This document shows positions 9,319 through 20,274 of a DNA stretch of 64,000 nucleotides, in pieces. The position numbers and the translations under genes are program-made. The notes under the pieces were generated by a model that had not been told where the DNA came from, did no database searches, and was given only the letters and a program-made list of their open reading frames with translations. Each line of letters begins with the position of its first letter. The stretch's first letter is position 1. The DNA is from Microbacteriaceae bacterium (GTDB lineage Bacteria; Actinomycetota; Actinomycetes; Actinomycetales; Microbacteriaceae). The stretch lies in contig JBIILU010000002.1 in assembly GCA_044338315.1 (NCBI GenBank), forward strand, positions 15,987 to 79,986, given 5' to 3'.

Positions 9319-11055
9319 ATGCGATTCTTCTATGCCATCGTCATCTTCGTCATCTCTCTTGCACTGTTTGCGGGCAGCATCGCCATCCGCTACGGATTTT
9401 CGGCCCCGGACACGCTGACACAAACAATCACGCTGGATGGCACGGCCCCCGTCACGGTCATCGACGCGAAAGAACTTCGTCGAATTTCTGGCTCGGAGAC
9501 AATTGTCGCCTCGGTCACGGAGGCGCAGACGGATGGAGCAGAGGCCACTCCCGTCACGATGGCCTGGGGACGCACCCCGGATGTGCTTGCGTGGGTGGGC
9601 AGTGCCCCCTACCAGCTCCTCACCGTGAACGCGACGACGGGCGAGCTCACCGCGTCTCCGGTCTCGGGGCTCGAACCGAGTGTGCCAAGCCCGGTTGGAT
9701 CCGACCTGTGGCTTGAGGAATGGAGCGGGGACGGCACCGCGAGCGCGGATTTCTCGTTGCGCAAGGGTCAGTCGATCATCATCGCGACGGACGGCACACT
9801 GCCGGCGCCCGCCTCGGTCACGGTGATTTGGAAAATTGCCGTCGACCGGACCATTCCGACGGTCCTGCTGTATCTCGCGGCCTTCACCGGCTTCGCCGGT
9901 CTCATCGTTTTCGCATGGGGGGTGTGGCGCGAGCGGCGACTTCGCCGGCACCGCCAGCGGCCCATGCCCCGCGTTCCCAAGCCACGCAGGTGGCGGCCGA
10001 CGCGTCCGGTCTTGGGGGCCGGCCGGCCGGCCCGTCGTCGTGGACGCCGAATGACGGCGGTCATCGCTGGTTTCGCGGTAATTCCCGCGCTGCTCGTCGG
10101 CTGCACCGGCGCCGCAACCGTTCAGCCCACACCGACTCCTGTGGCACCGGAGAAGCTCCCGTTCGTTGCCGTCTCGAATCAGCAGTTTGAGAAAATTCTT
10201 ACCCGAATCGTCGGAGCGCTTGAAGCTGCCGATGAAAAACGGGCGGAAAACGTTGCGGCGACCCGGCTCCAGGGTGCCGCGCTGCGCTTCCGGACCTCGA
10301 CGTACCGCATCAAAGCTGCCAACCCGAAGCTCGGCACGCTGTTCGAAATTCCCAACGGAACCGTTAGCCTCATGCTGCCCCAACAGACAACGGGTTGGCC
10401 TCGGTCGGTGTTTGCGATCATCGATGACACCACCAATGCTGACGCGTCTTCGGTCGCCATCGTCTTGACTCAGGACGGTCCCCGCTCTAACTATTTGGTG
10501 GACTACACGTTTGCGCTGGAGCCCGGTGTCGTCATGCCCGAAGTTCCGTCCGCCGATTACGGAACCGCGGTTCTGGCGGGTGAGACCGAGTTGCTGTCGT
10601 CGACACCCTCGCAGGTTGCCGAACAGTACGGCGATCTTCTCATCAATGGCGACCAGAGCCCCTTTGCTTCGCTTTTCGAGACCGACACTCTTCAAGAGCA
10701 GATTGGAGCCACGGCCAAAGCGAAACGCGTCGCGGACATGAAGGGCTCGATGGCGTTTTCCTGGGTTGACACGCTCACCGATGACGCACCCATCGTTTTT
10801 GCGACCACCGATGCGGGGGCACTGGTTGGCTTGACAATCAACGAAGCGGAAACGGTCAAGCCCGCGCGGGGCAGTTCCGCAATTTCCACCGAGGGTGCCG
10901 TCAAGATTTTGTCGGGGCGTCCCAGTTCTCTCCGGGGAATCGTCGCCAATTATCAATACCAACTGCTCTTTTACGTTCCCGCGATTGGTTCGTCCGAGAA
11001 GCTGCGCCTTCTCGGCTATTCCTACGCGCTCGTCTCGGCAAAAGAAGTTCGCTAA
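9319..11055 (+). CDS. Hypothetical two-module membrane protein with an internal lipoprotein-type signal peptide
   Basis: 578-aa ORF with GAGGGGG upstream. TM1 is AIVIFVISLALFAGSIAI and TM2 is TVLLYLAAFTGFAGLIVFAWGVW. An Arg/Pro-rich linker follows, then MTAVIAGFAVIPALLVGC at codon 245 (ATG 10051). Confidence 0.7.
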   Translation: MRFFYAIVIFVISLALFAGSIAIRYGFSAPDTLTQTITLDGTAPVTVIDAKELRRISGSETIVASVTEAQTDGAEATPVTMAWGRTPDVLAWVGSAPYQLLTVNATTGELTASPVSGLEPSVPSPVGSDLWLEEWSGDGTASADFSLRKGQSIIIATDGTLPAPASVTVIWKIAVDRTIPTVLLYLAAFTGFAGLIVFAWGVWRERRLRRHRQRPMPRVPKPRRWRPTRPVLGAGRPARRRGRRMTAVIAGFAVIPALLVGCTGAATVQPTPTPVAPEKLPFVAVSNQQFEKILTRIVGALEAADEKRAENVAATRLQGAALRFRTSTYRIKAANPKLGTLFEIPNGTVSLMLPQQTTGWPRSVFAIIDDTTNADASSVAIVLTQDGPRSNYLVDYTFALEPGVVMPEVPSADYGTAVLAGETELLSSTPSQVAEQYGDLLINGDQSPFASLFETDTLQEQIGATAKAKRVADMKGSMAFSWVDTLTDDAPIVFATTDAGALVGLTINEAETVKPARGSSAISTEGAVKILSGRPSSLRGIVANYQYQLLFYVPAIGSSEKLRLLGYSYALVSAKEVR

Positions 11056-11058
11056 TCC

Positions 11059-12216
11059 GTGCCATATTTTGATTTTGCGGCCACCGCACCAATGCCGGCC
11101 GCGGTAATCGACGCCTGGACCGAGGCCGTCCATCAGCGCGGAAACGCCTCGGCCACTCACCGTGACGGGCAAAAATCTCGGCTTGTGTGGGAGGCGGGTC
11201 GGGACAAGATCGCCGCCGCCATCGGTGCGGCGCCTTTCGATGTGACGTTGACCGGTAGCGGGACCGAAGCGATCAACCTCGCCATCAAGGGTTTGTTCGA
11301 GGGACGCAACGGGCCGCGCGCCACACGGGATAAAGACACCCCGCTTCCGTTTCCGCGAATCCTGTTGACTCGCGCGGAACACCAGGCGGCTCTGGACGCC
11401 GTTCACTGGTTGGGGGCGTCCGAGGGCGCAATCGTCGAGTTTGTTCGCGTCGATGAGCGGGGAACGATCGACCTCGATGACCTTGCCGCCAGGTTGGGGC
11501 CGGATGTTGCACTTGTGACCGCACTGTGGACGAACAACGAGGTCGGAACGATTCAGCCGGTCGCCGAGATCGTCGCGGCGGCGGCCGTTCACGACGTTCC
11601 CGTGCACCTCGATGCTGTTGCGACGCTCGGGTACACCGTCATTGATTTCCGAACCAGCGGGCTCGCCGCGCTGTCCATCTCGGCGCACAAGGTTGGCGGG
11701 CCGGTAGGCGTCGGCGCACTCGCCGTTTCGCGCACCGCACCGATCGTTCCGATGATTCACGGTGGTTCCCAGCAGCGCCTGCGCAGCGGTTCACTCGATG
11801 CGGCGGGGGTGTTTGCCGCTGGGTGTGCGGTCGAAATCGCAACCGCCGACATCACGGCGAAGGCTGCCCGGCTGAGAACGTTGCGAGACCGACTCGCCGA
11901 CGGAATTCTCGCGACAGTTCCCGGCGCGTCGATTCGAGGACACCTCGAACAGCGTTCCCCCGGAAACGTGCACGTCACGGTGCCGGGGCTCGAATCGGCG
12001 TCGGCCCTTTTTCTGCTGGACGAAGCCGGGTTCGCCGTCAGCGCCGGCAGCGCGTGCGAGGCCGGGGTTGAAGCTCCATCTCACGTCCTTCTCGCGATGG
12101 GGTTGTCGGAGAAGGACGGGCCGTTGCGGTTCACGCTCGGGCTGTCTAACACCGAGGACGAGATAGATGCTCTGCTCGACGTCTTGCCGGCTATCGTCGC
12201 CCGCACAACTCGCTGA
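11059..12216 (+). CDS. Cysteine desulfurase (class V aminotransferase, NifS/IscS-like)
   Basis: 385 aa. PLP-lysine context LSISAHKVGGPVGVGAL and active-site Cys loop SAGSACEAG. Immediately upstream of mnmA. Confidence 0.9.
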   Translation: MPYFDFAATAPMPAAVIDAWTEAVHQRGNASATHRDGQKSRLVWEAGRDKIAAAIGAAPFDVTLTGSGTEAINLAIKGLFEGRNGPRATRDKDTPLPFPRILLTRAEHQAALDAVHWLGASEGAIVEFVRVDERGTIDLDDLAARLGPDVALVTALWTNNEVGTIQPVAEIVAAAAVHDVPVHLDAVATLGYTVIDFRTSGLAALSISAHKVGGPVGVGALAVSRTAPIVPMIHGGSQQRLRSGSLDAAGVFAAGCAVEIATADITAKAARLRTLRDRLADGILATVPGASIRGHLEQRSPGNVHVTVPGLESASALFLLDEAGFAVSAGSACEAGVEAPSHVLLAMGLSEKDGPLRFTLGLSNTEDEIDALLDVLPAIVARTTR

Positions 12217-12237
12217 CGGCTCGCCTAGACTTAAGCC

Positions 12238-13368
12238 ATGAAGGTTTTGGCAGCGATGAGCGGCGGAGTGGACTCCGCGGTTGCTGCTGCGCGCGCTGTT
12301 GAAGCGGGCCACGACGTCACCGGGGTTCATCTTGCACTGTCGCGCATGCCGGGATTGTTCCGCTCGGGCTCTCGCGGGTGCTGCACCGTCGAAGATTCAC
12401 TCGATGCTCGCCGTGCCGCCGGATTGCTGGGAATCCCGTTTTACGTCTGGGACTTCAGCGCACAGTTCACCGAAGCGGTCGTGGATGACTTCGTCGCCGA
12501 ATATGCGGCGGGTCGCACACCGAACCCGTGTATGCGCTGCAATGAGCGAATCAAGTTCGCCGCTCTGCTCGATCGCGCCCTCGAACTGGGGTTTGATGCC
12601 GTCGCAACCGGCCACTATGCGAATGTCGAGTGGGCAGCGGATGGCACTCCCGAGCTGCATCGCGCTAGCGCGTGGGCTAAAGACCAGTCGTATGTGCTGG
12701 GAGTGTTGACGACCGAGCAGTTACGTCACGCAATCTTCCCGCTGGGGGACACCCCTTCCAAGGATCTCGTTCGTGCCGAGGCCGAGCGCCGCGGGCTTTC
12801 GGTGGCAAACAAACCCGACAGCCACGACATCTGTTTCATTCCCGAAGGCGATACGCGCGATTGGTTGGCTGACCGCATTGAGATGGAGCCGGGCGAGATC
12901 GTTGACACGGATGGTCAGGTTATCGGCCAGCACGATGGCGCTCTGGCGTATACGGTCGGACAGCGCAAGGGGCTCAACCTCGGAGTCCCGGCGGCGGACG
13001 GTCGCCCACGATTCGTGGTCACGGTAAAGCCCGCGACAAATCAGGTGGTCGTTGGTTCGCGGGCCGATCTCGACATTGTGGAAATTGCTGGTGCGCGATT
13101 CTCGTGGGCCGGAAACGACCCCGTGATCAGCGGAATCGCCGAGACCACGGATGGTGGATTCACCTCGTTTGACTGCGAGGTGCAAATCCGCGCACACGCG
13201 GACCCCGTACCCGCAATCGCCGAAAACATCGACGGCGAAATCATCGTTCGACCGAACGTGCCGCTCAGCGGCGTTGCCACCGGGCAAACCGCTGTGCTGT
13301 ATGTCGGCACGCGTGTGCTCGGACAATTCACGATTGACCGGACCGTCGGCGCTACCGCGCTCGTCTAA
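12238..13368 (+). CDS. mnmA: tRNA 2-thiouridine(34) synthase
   Basis: PP-loop [17 protein letters not shown] and [12 protein letters not shown]. 376 aa. Confidence 0.95.
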   Translation: MKVLAAMSGGVDSAVAAARAVEAGHDVTGVHLALSRMPGLFRSGSRGCCTVEDSLDARRAAGLLGIPFYVWDFSAQFTEAVVDDFVAEYAAGRTPNPCMRCNERIKFAALLDRALELGFDAVATGHYANVEWAADGTPELHRASAWAKDQSYVLGVLTTEQLRHAIFPLGDTPSKDLVRAEAERRGLSVANKPDSHDICFIPEGDTRDWLADRIEMEPGEIVDTDGQVIGQHDGALAYTVGQRKGLNLGVPAADGRPRFVVTVKPATNQVVVGSRADLDIVEIAGARFSWAGNDPVISGIAETTDGGFTSFDCEVQIRAHADPVPAIAENIDGEIIVRPNVPLSGVATGQTAVLYVGTRVLGQFTIDRTVGATALV

Positions 13369-13393
13369 CGAACACGGCTGGCAGACTGAGTCC

Positions 13394-14473
13394 ATGCGCG
13401 ACGTCATCGTCCTCGGCAGCACCGGGTCCATCGGAACCCAGGCGCTCGACGTCATTCGCGACAACCCCGACCGTTTCCGGGTCGTTGGGCTTTCCGCAGG
13501 ACGCAACCGTGAACTCGCCGAAGCGCAAGCGGCCGAATTCGGGGTGTCCGAGGTTGCCTACGGTGCTGCCGACGCCGTCACGCTCGTCCAATCGGTCCGC
13601 GCAGACGTCATTCTCAACGGAATCACCGGTGCGGTCGGCCTCGAACCAACCCTCGCGGCGCTCGCCACGGGCTCGACGCTGGCGCTCGCTAATAAAGAGT
13701 CGCTCATCATCGGCGGGTCGCTCGTTACCTCGGTTGCGGCGCCGGGCCAGATTGTCCCCGTCGATTCGGAACACTCCGCAATCGCCCAGGCGCTGCTCGG
13801 CGGCGCGCACACCGAGGTCGCAAAACTTGTGCTGACCGCCAGTGGCGGACCGTTCCGCGGGTTCACCCGCGAACAACTCGCGACCGTCACCCCCGAGCAG
13901 GCGTCGAAGCACCCGACGTGGAACATGGGACCGGTCATCACGACGAACTCGTCGACACTCGTGAACAAAGGGCTTGAGGTCATCGAGGCGCACCTGCTGT
14001 TCGACATCCCGTTCGACCGCATCGAGGTTACGGTTCACCCGCAGTCCGTGATTCATTCGATGGTCGAGTTCGTTGACGGGTCGACCATCGCCCAGTGTTC
14101 CCCGCCCGACATGCACCTGCCGATTGCGTTGGGACTCGACTGGCCGAACCGTGTGCACGGCGCAACGACTCCCGTCGATTGGTCGAAGGCCCACGAATGG
14201 ACGTTTGCCCCGCTCGACGAGGACGTCTTCGGCGCCATTCGACTCGCTCGTCAGGTCGGAATGGCCGGGGCGACATTCCCGGCCGTATACAACGCGGCGA
14301 ACGAGGTTGCGGTCGACGCCTTCGCCTCGGGTGCGATCGGGTTCCTCGACATCGTCGACACCATCGAGCGGGTCGTCGGGGAACACGCTGCGCCGCCATC
14401 GATCACTCTGGAATCCGTGCTCGAAGCCGATGCCTGGGCGCGCACCGCCGCTATGAAGTTCCTGAGCAAGTAG
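13394..14473 (+). CDS. dxr: 1-deoxy-D-xylulose 5-phosphate reductoisomerase
   Basis: ATG 13394, [33 protein letters not shown]. The upstream part of ORF 13151.. overlaps mnmA and is rejected. Confidence 0.95.
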   Translation: MRDVIVLGSTGSIGTQALDVIRDNPDRFRVVGLSAGRNRELAEAQAAEFGVSEVAYGAADAVTLVQSVRADVILNGITGAVGLEPTLAALATGSTLALANKESLIIGGSLVTSVAAPGQIVPVDSEHSAIAQALLGGAHTEVAKLVLTASGGPFRGFTREQLATVTPEQASKHPTWNMGPVITTNSSTLVNKGLEVIEAHLLFDIPFDRIEVTVHPQSVIHSMVEFVDGSTIAQCSPPDMHLPIALGLDWPNRVHGATTPVDWSKAHEWTFAPLDEDVFGAIRLARQVGMAGATFPAVYNAANEVAVDAFASGAIGFLDIVDTIERVVGEHAAPPSITLESVLEADAWARTAAMKFLSK

Positions 14474-14518
14474 CCGTTCGCGCTCGGACCGTCAGACCTC
14501 GCGGGTACCCTTAGACAC

Positions 14519-15829
14519 ATGGATGTAGTGCTGTCGATTCTCGGGATTCTCTTCGTCGCTCTCGGTATCGGGGTGTCGATCGGTCTTCACGAACTCGGGC
14601 ACTTCTATCCCGCCCGTAAATTCGGCGTGTACGTCGGCAAGTTCATGGTCGGTTTCGGACCAACTCTCTGGTCACGCAAATTCGGCGAGACGGAATTCGG
14701 AATCAAGGCCATTCCACTGGGTGGTTACGTGTCGTTGTCTGGCATGTACCCGCCCACGGCGACCCCGAACCGCGGGTTCCGACTTTTCCGCTCGCTCGTT
14801 CAGGACGCCCGGGACGCATCGGCCGAAACCATCACCGACGAAAGCCGCACGTTCTACCGACTCGGCACCTTCAAGCGAATCGTCATCATGCTCGGCGGTC
14901 CCGTGATGAATCTGCTCATCGCAGCGGTGCTGTACCTATTCCTGTTTTCCGGTCTGGGCATTCAGGCACCCACAACCACAATCGGGTCCATCGCCGAATG
15001 CGTCAAGCCGATTGCAGCGGCCGACCAAACCTGCGCGGCGTCCGACCCAGATGCCCCGGCTACCGCAGACGGGCTCCAACTCGACGACACGATTGTGTCG
15101 ATCGATGGAACCCCGTTCACCGACTGGACCAGCCAGATTTCCATCATCCGCGACCACGCGAACGACCCGATTGACTTTGTGGTCGACCGTGGCGGCAAAA
15201 CCATCACCCTGACCGTAACCCCCATCGAGACCGAGCGGTATGTCATTGATGCGACGGGCGCCCCCGTGAAAAACGCAGACGGTACCTATGAGACAGCGCC
15301 CGTCGGTTACGTCGGTATCGGGCCGGAATACGCCCGTCAGCAGCAGTCACCGGGTGTCGCGCTCAGCAGCCTCGGCACAAACGTCGTCGACGTCGGCCGC
15401 ATCATCATCGATCTGCCCAACCGTCTGGGGCAGGTCTGGGACGCCGCCTTCGGCACCGCCGAGCGCGATATGAACGGTCCCGTCTCCGTCGTCGGCGTCG
15501 GTCGCATTGCGGGGGAGGTCGCCAGCCTCGACGGAATCGATGTCGTTTCCCGCATTTCGGCGCTAATCGGAATCCTCGCGTCGCTCAACGTCGCGCTGTT
15601 CGTATTCAACCTCATCCCACTGTTGCCACTGGATGGCGGTCACGTCGCGGTCGCCCTCATTGACTGGATTCGCCTCAGAATCGCCCGACTGTTCGGGCGA
15701 CCAGCACCCGCGCCAATTGACACAGCACGGCTTGTTCCCATCACGGTTATCGCGACTGTACTTCTCATCGCGATGAGTGCATTGCTCATTTACGCGGACA
15801 TCGTCAAACCGATTACTCTCGGTCCGTAG
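14519..15829 (+). CDS. M50 site-2 protease (RseP/Rip1-like)
   Basis: 436-aa membrane protein with HELGH zinc motif near the N-terminus and a central PDZ-like region. Conserved dxr-rip-ispG order. Confidence 0.9.
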   Translation: MDVVLSILGILFVALGIGVSIGLHELGHFYPARKFGVYVGKFMVGFGPTLWSRKFGETEFGIKAIPLGGYVSLSGMYPPTATPNRGFRLFRSLVQDARDASAETITDESRTFYRLGTFKRIVIMLGGPVMNLLIAAVLYLFLFSGLGIQAPTTTIGSIAECVKPIAAADQTCAASDPDAPATADGLQLDDTIVSIDGTPFTDWTSQISIIRDHANDPIDFVVDRGGKTITLTVTPIETERYVIDATGAPVKNADGTYETAPVGYVGIGPEYARQQQSPGVALSSLGTNVVDVGRIIIDLPNRLGQVWDAAFGTAERDMNGPVSVVGVGRIAGEVASLDGIDVVSRISALIGILASLNVALFVFNLIPLLPLDGGHVAVALIDWIRLRIARLFGRPAPAPIDTARLVPITVIATVLLIAMSALLIYADIVKPITLGP

Positions 15830-15846
15830 CGAGGTACGCTGGAACC

Positions 15847-16995
15847 GTGGCCGCAGTCAATATTGGAACTCCGCGAGTAGTTGAGACACTCGCCCCGCGT
15901 CGTAAGTCCCGCCAGATCAAGGTCGGCAAGGTTCTCGTCGGGGGTGACGCTCCCGTTTCCGTTCAGTCGATGACGACGACAAAGACAACGGACATCAACG
16001 GCACTCTGCAACAGATCGCCGAACTCACCGCGACCGGTTGTGACATTGTTCGTGTCGCCGTTCCGACACAGGACGATGCCGATGTGCTGCACATCATCGC
16101 GAAAAAGAGCCAGATTCCCGTCATCGCGGACATCCACTTCCAGCCCAAATACGTTTTCCAGGCAATCGACGCCGGGTGTGCCGCGGTTCGCGTGAACCCG
16201 GGCAACATCAAGCAGTTCGATGACAAGGTCGGCGAAATTGCAAAGGCCGCCAAGGCCGCCGGGGTTTCCATTCGCATCGGCGTCAACGCCGGTTCGCTTG
16301 ACCCTCGCCTGCTGCAAAAGTACGGTCGCCCGTCGCCCGAGGCGCTGGTCGAATCGGCAGTCTGGGAGGCGGGCCTCTTCGAGGAACACGACTTTCACGA
16401 CTTCAAGATCTCGGTGAAGCACAACGACCCGGTCGTCATGGTCAAGGCGTACCGTCAGCTCGCCGAACGCGGTGACTGGCCGCTGCACCTCGGGGTAACC
16501 GAAGCCGGCCCGGCATTCCAGGGAACCATCAAGTCGGCAACGGCCTTTGGAATTCTGCTCGCCGAGGGAATCGGCGACACCATCCGTGTCTCGCTGTCCG
16601 CGCCGCCCGCCGAAGAAATCAAGGTCGGGCTCAAGATTCTCGAATCGCTCAACCTGCGCGAACGCAAGTTGGAAATCGTTTCGTGCCCATCGTGTGGTCG
16701 CGCTCAGGTCGACGTTTACACGCTGGCCGAAGACGTCACCAAGGGGCTCGAGGGCATGACCGTTCCGCTGCGCGTCGCTGTCATGGGCTGTGTCGTCAAC
16801 GGACCGGGCGAGGCCCGCGAAGCAGACCTCGGTGTCGCATCGGGTAACGGCAAGGGCCAGATTTTCGTCAAGGGCGAGGTCATCAAGACCGTCCCCGAAG
16901 CCGACATCGTCAAGACCCTCATCGAGGAAGCGAATCGTTTGGCCGCCTCGATGCCCGCCAGCACCACGGGCAGCCCCGAGGTCACCGTCTCCTAA
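15847..16995 (+). CDS. ispG: 4-hydroxy-3-methylbut-2-en-1-yl diphosphate synthase
   Basis: 382 aa, [11 protein letters not shown] and Fe-S Cys motif [10 protein letters not shown]. Confidence 0.95.
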   Translation: MAAVNIGTPRVVETLAPRRKSRQIKVGKVLVGGDAPVSVQSMTTTKTTDINGTLQQIAELTATGCDIVRVAVPTQDDADVLHIIAKKSQIPVIADIHFQPKYVFQAIDAGCAAVRVNPGNIKQFDDKVGEIAKAAKAAGVSIRIGVNAGSLDPRLLQKYGRPSPEALVESAVWEAGLFEEHDFHDFKISVKHNDPVVMVKAYRQLAERGDWPLHLGVTEAGPAFQGTIKSATAFGILLAEGIGDTIRVSLSAPPAEEIKVGLKILESLNLRERKLEIVSCPSCGRAQVDVYTLAEDVTKGLEGMTVPLRVAVMGCVVNGPGEAREADLGVASGNGKGQIFVKGEVIKTVPEADIVKTLIEEANRLAASMPASTTGSPEVTVS

Positions 16996-17020
16996 CCCGC
17001 CGAAACGGTAGGGTTGACGC

Positions 17021-18793
17021 GTGGTGACCCGACTTTCTCAACTGTTTGTCCGCACGCTTCGCGAGGACCCCTCCGATGCGGAAGTGACATCGCACCGCCT
17101 GCTGGTTCGCGCCGGTTACATCCGTCGCCAGGCCCCCGGGGTGTTTGCGTGGTTGCCGCTGGGGCTTAGGGTTCGCCGCAAGATCGAACAGGTCATCCAC
17201 GAGGAGATGGAACGCGCCGGCGCGCAGAACGTTCATTTCCCGGCCCTCTTGCCGCGTGAACCCTACGAAACGACCGGTCGTTGGACCGAATACGGTGACG
17301 GAATCTTCCGCCTCAAAGACCGCAAGGACGCGGATTACCTGTTGGCACCGACCCACGAAGAGGTTTTCACCCTGCTGGTGAAGGACCTGTACTCGTCGTA
17401 TAAAGACCTTCCCGTCACGCTGTATCAAATCCAGGACAAATACCGCGACGAAGCTCGCCCGCGTGCCGGCCTCTTGCGCGGACGCGAGTTCTCGATGAAG
17501 GACGCGTATTCGTTCGATTACACCGACGAGGGGTTGGACGCGTCGTACCAGTCGCAGCGTGACGCGTACGAGCGCATCTTTACGCGCCTCGGTCTTGATT
17601 ACGTGATCGTGTCTGCCGACGCGGGTGCGATGGGCGGCAGCAAGTCGGAAGAATTCCTGCACCCGACCCCGATCGGTGAAGACACCTTTGTTCAGTCGGA
17701 CGGCGGGTATGCGGCGAACGTCGAGGCGTATCGAACGACCGCCCCCGACGCGATCGCGATCGACGGGCAACCCACCGCGACGGTGTTCGATTCCCCGAAC
17801 ACTCCGACAATTGACACACTCGTCGCGCTGGCCAATGACCGCCACCCCCGCACCGACCGCCCCTGGACGGCGGCCGACACGCTCAAGAACGTTGTGCTCG
17901 CCTTGACTAGCCCGACGGGTGACCGCACACTGGTCGCTGTCGGAATTCCCGGTGACCGCGAAGTCGACATGAAACGCGCGGAAGCGTGGTTTTCGCCCAA
18001 CGCGGTCGAGCCCGCCACCGAAGCCGATTTCGCCACGAACAAGGCGCTGGTGAAGGGATACATCGGCCCGTGGAGTCCCGCAGGTGCGGTTTTGGGCGAG
18101 AAGTCCGCGTCAAAGGTCCGATTCCTCGTCGACCCTCGCGTTGTCGAGGGCACCGACTGGGTGACCGGTGCCAACGAAGACCAGAAGCACGTGTTCAATC
18201 TTGTTGCCGGCCGTGATTTCACCGCCGACGGTGTCGCCGACATTGCCGAGGTTCGCGACGGCGATCCCGCCCCCGACGGGTCCGGCCCGATTCACGCGGC
18301 CCGCGGAATGGAAATCGGACACGTTTTCCAACTGGGTCGCAAATACGCCGAGGCGCTGGGTCTGCAGGTGCTCGACGAAAACGGCAAGCTCGTCACCGTC
18401 ACGATGGGGTCCTACGGAATTGGTGTCACTCGAATCCTCGCCGTTATCGCCGAAACAAACAACGACGACCGCGGGCTGATTTGGCCGATTCACGTTGCGC
18501 CATTCCACGTTCACGTCGTCGCAACGGGCAAAGAAGATGCGGCCCTCGCCCTTGCCGAAGGTCTCGCCGCCGAATTCGAGACGGCGGGGTTCGAGGTCGC
18601 ACTCGACGATCGTCCGAAGGTTTCGCCGGGTGTCAAGTTCGGTGATGCCGAACTCATTGGTGTTCCCCTCATCGTCATCGCGGGTCGCGGCGCGGCCGAC
18701 GGTGTAGTCGAAGTCTGGGACCGCCGAACGGGGGAGCGGAACGAAGTGCCCGCCACCGAGGCGCTCACGTGGCTGCGCTCAGTCGCAAAATAG
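17021..18793 (+). CDS. proS: Proline--tRNA ligase
   Basis: 590 aa. N-terminus [36 protein letters not shown], with class II synthetase core and insertion domain. Confidence 0.95.
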   Translation: MVTRLSQLFVRTLREDPSDAEVTSHRLLVRAGYIRRQAPGVFAWLPLGLRVRRKIEQVIHEEMERAGAQNVHFPALLPREPYETTGRWTEYGDGIFRLKDRKDADYLLAPTHEEVFTLLVKDLYSSYKDLPVTLYQIQDKYRDEARPRAGLLRGREFSMKDAYSFDYTDEGLDASYQSQRDAYERIFTRLGLDYVIVSADAGAMGGSKSEEFLHPTPIGEDTFVQSDGGYAANVEAYRTTAPDAIAIDGQPTATVFDSPNTPTIDTLVALANDRHPRTDRPWTAADTLKNVVLALTSPTGDRTLVAVGIPGDREVDMKRAEAWFSPNAVEPATEADFATNKALVKGYIGPWSPAGAVLGEKSASKVRFLVDPRVVEGTDWVTGANEDQKHVFNLVAGRDFTADGVADIAEVRDGDPAPDGSGPIHAARGMEIGHVFQLGRKYAEALGLQVLDENGKLVTVTMGSYGIGVTRILAVIAETNNDDRGLIWPIHVAPFHVHVVATGKEDAALALAEGLAAEFETAGFEVALDDRPKVSPGVKFGDAELIGVPLIVIAGRGAADGVVEVWDRRTGERNEVPATEALTWLRSVAK

Positions 18794-18876
18794 TCGGCGC
18801 TTCGCTAACCTAGAACGTACGGAGCTTTCACTCGGGCGCCGATAACCGAATACCGATATCTGAATAGGGGCACCCC

Positions 18877-19911
18877 ATGCACATCGAGATTAAGAATCTG
18901 CGCGATGTTGAAGCCGAAAAGGAAATCCCGTTCGACGAACTCGTCGACATTGTGGAGGACGCTATTGAGCGCGCGTATGTGAAACACATCACCCCGGTGC
19001 CCGCAGAACTCGGCGATCGACCCGTTCCCCCCAAGATGGAGGACGACCACGGTAACAAGCGTGCGCGGGCGACTCTTGACCGCAAAACGGGTGACGTGAC
19101 AATTTTTGCGCCGACCTACAATGACGACGACGAACTGACCGGTGAAGAGGAAATCGTCGACACCGATTTTGGGTACATCGCCGCGAACGAGGCTAAGCGG
19201 GTTCTCATTCAGCGAATCCGTGCGATTGACGACGAGAAGATTCTGGGGGAGTTCAGCCACAAAAAGGGAGACCTCATTTCGGGAATCATCCAGCAGTCGT
19301 CGAACTCGAAGATGGTTCAGGTGCTCATCGGCAAGAACCTCGAAGCCGTCATGCCCTCGGCCGAGCAGGTTGCCGGCGAAGAATACGCGCACGGCAAGCG
19401 AATCCGCGTTGTCATCACCGACGTGAAAAAGGGGCTCAAGGGCCCGTCGATCACGGTCAGCCGCCACCACCCCGACCTCGTCAAGCGCCTGTTCGAACTC
19501 GAAGTTCCCGAAATCAATCAGGGACTCGTCAAGATCGCCGCAATTTCGCGCCACCAGGGTCACCGCACCAAGATTGCGGTGTTCTCGATGGAACCCGGGT
19601 TCAACGCCAAGGGTGCGTTCATCGGCGAGCTCGGTGCGCGCGTTCGCAACGTCTCCAAGGAACTCGGTGACGAGAAAATCGACATCGTCGACTACTCAAC
19701 CGACATCGCGCAGTTCGTCGCCCACGCACTCTCGCCCGCGAAGGTCACCAAGGCGATTCTTGTGGACGAAGCAACCAACGCGGTCCGCGCCTACGTCCCC
19801 GAATACCAGCTCTCGTTGGCGATCGGCAAGGACGGTCAGAACGCTCGACTCGCGGCAATGCTCACGCGCGCCAAGATTGACGTCAAGAGCGACACCCTGC
19901 TGGACGAGTAA
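18877..19911 (+). CDS. nusA: Transcription termination/antitermination factor NusA
   Basis: 344 aa with an S1-like segment (ISGIIQQSSNSKMVQVLIG..) and a KH motif (LSLAIGKDGQNARLAAMLT). Confidence 0.95.
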   Translation: MHIEIKNLRDVEAEKEIPFDELVDIVEDAIERAYVKHITPVPAELGDRPVPPKMEDDHGNKRARATLDRKTGDVTIFAPTYNDDDELTGEEEIVDTDFGYIAANEAKRVLIQRIRAIDDEKILGEFSHKKGDLISGIIQQSSNSKMVQVLIGKNLEAVMPSAEQVAGEEYAHGKRIRVVITDVKKGLKGPSITVSRHHPDLVKRLFELEVPEINQGLVKIAAISRHQGHRTKIAVFSMEPGFNAKGAFIGELGARVRNVSKELGDEKIDIVDYSTDIAQFVAHALSPAKVTKAILVDEATNAVRAYVPEYQLSLAIGKDGQNARLAAMLTRAKIDVKSDTLLDE

Positions 19912-19929
19912 TCGGATTGTCGGGGTAGA

Positions 19930-20190
19930 ATGGAACCCGTAAGAACCTGTATCGGTTGTCGCGCACGCGATGATCGGGCCTCTCTCCTGAGAGTTGTCCT
20001 GACTGGAAACACGGTGGTGGTCGATTCGTCGGCAACCGCATCCGGTCGCGGGGCGTGGGTCCACCCCACAGCGAATTGCGTCAACAACGCGATTTCGCGG
20101 GGCGGATTGGCTCGGTCTTTTCGTCGCAGCGGATCGTTCGATACAGACGGGCTCACTGCCCACATCATCACGGAAAAGGTTGAAGGCTGA
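19930..20190 (+). CDS. ylxR: YlxR/DUF448 family RNA-binding protein
   Basis: 86 aa, RTCIGCRARDDRASLLRVV. Located between nusA and infB. Confidence 0.85.
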   Translation: MEPVRTCIGCRARDDRASLLRVVLTGNTVVVDSSATASGRGAWVHPTANCVNNAISRGGLARSFRRSGSFDTDGLTAHIITEKVEG

Positions 20191-20274
20191 TGGACTACTA
20201 ATGAGCGGCTCGAAATGAGTACCTCGCACTAGTGGCGTGCCCTGTTTTGGGGGTTCGCCCCGGACAGGAGAATT

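Noticed and set aside
7858-11760. 1300-aa minus-strand ORF, the longest in the window
   Set aside because: Only its last 446 codons (from ATG 9198, with a good SD) look like a protein. The upstream part is Arg/Gly/Pro-rich, has no motifs and is antisense to two well-supported plus-strand genes (9319-11055 and the cysteine desulfurase). This is a typical high-GC open-frame artefact.
13151-13393. Upstream extension of the dxr ORF overlapping mnmA
   Set aside because: The dxr Rossmann motif starts right after ATG 13394. The extension overlaps the end of mnmA and has no coding character.
13352-14386. Family of long antisense ORFs (also 21112-22059, 24725-25753, 53905-54921, 60242-61333, 60987-61817 and others)
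   Set aside because: All lie opposite genes with strong motif support. They show the Arg/Gly/Asp/Val-rich composition expected from reading GC-rich codons on the reverse strand.
20191-20274. Possible regulatory hairpin upstream of infB (CCTGT..GGGG-TTCG-CCCC..ACAGG)
   Set aside because: The stem is short and interrupted, lies in an 84-nt gap inside a known operon and matches no known element. It is too weak to report as a feature.
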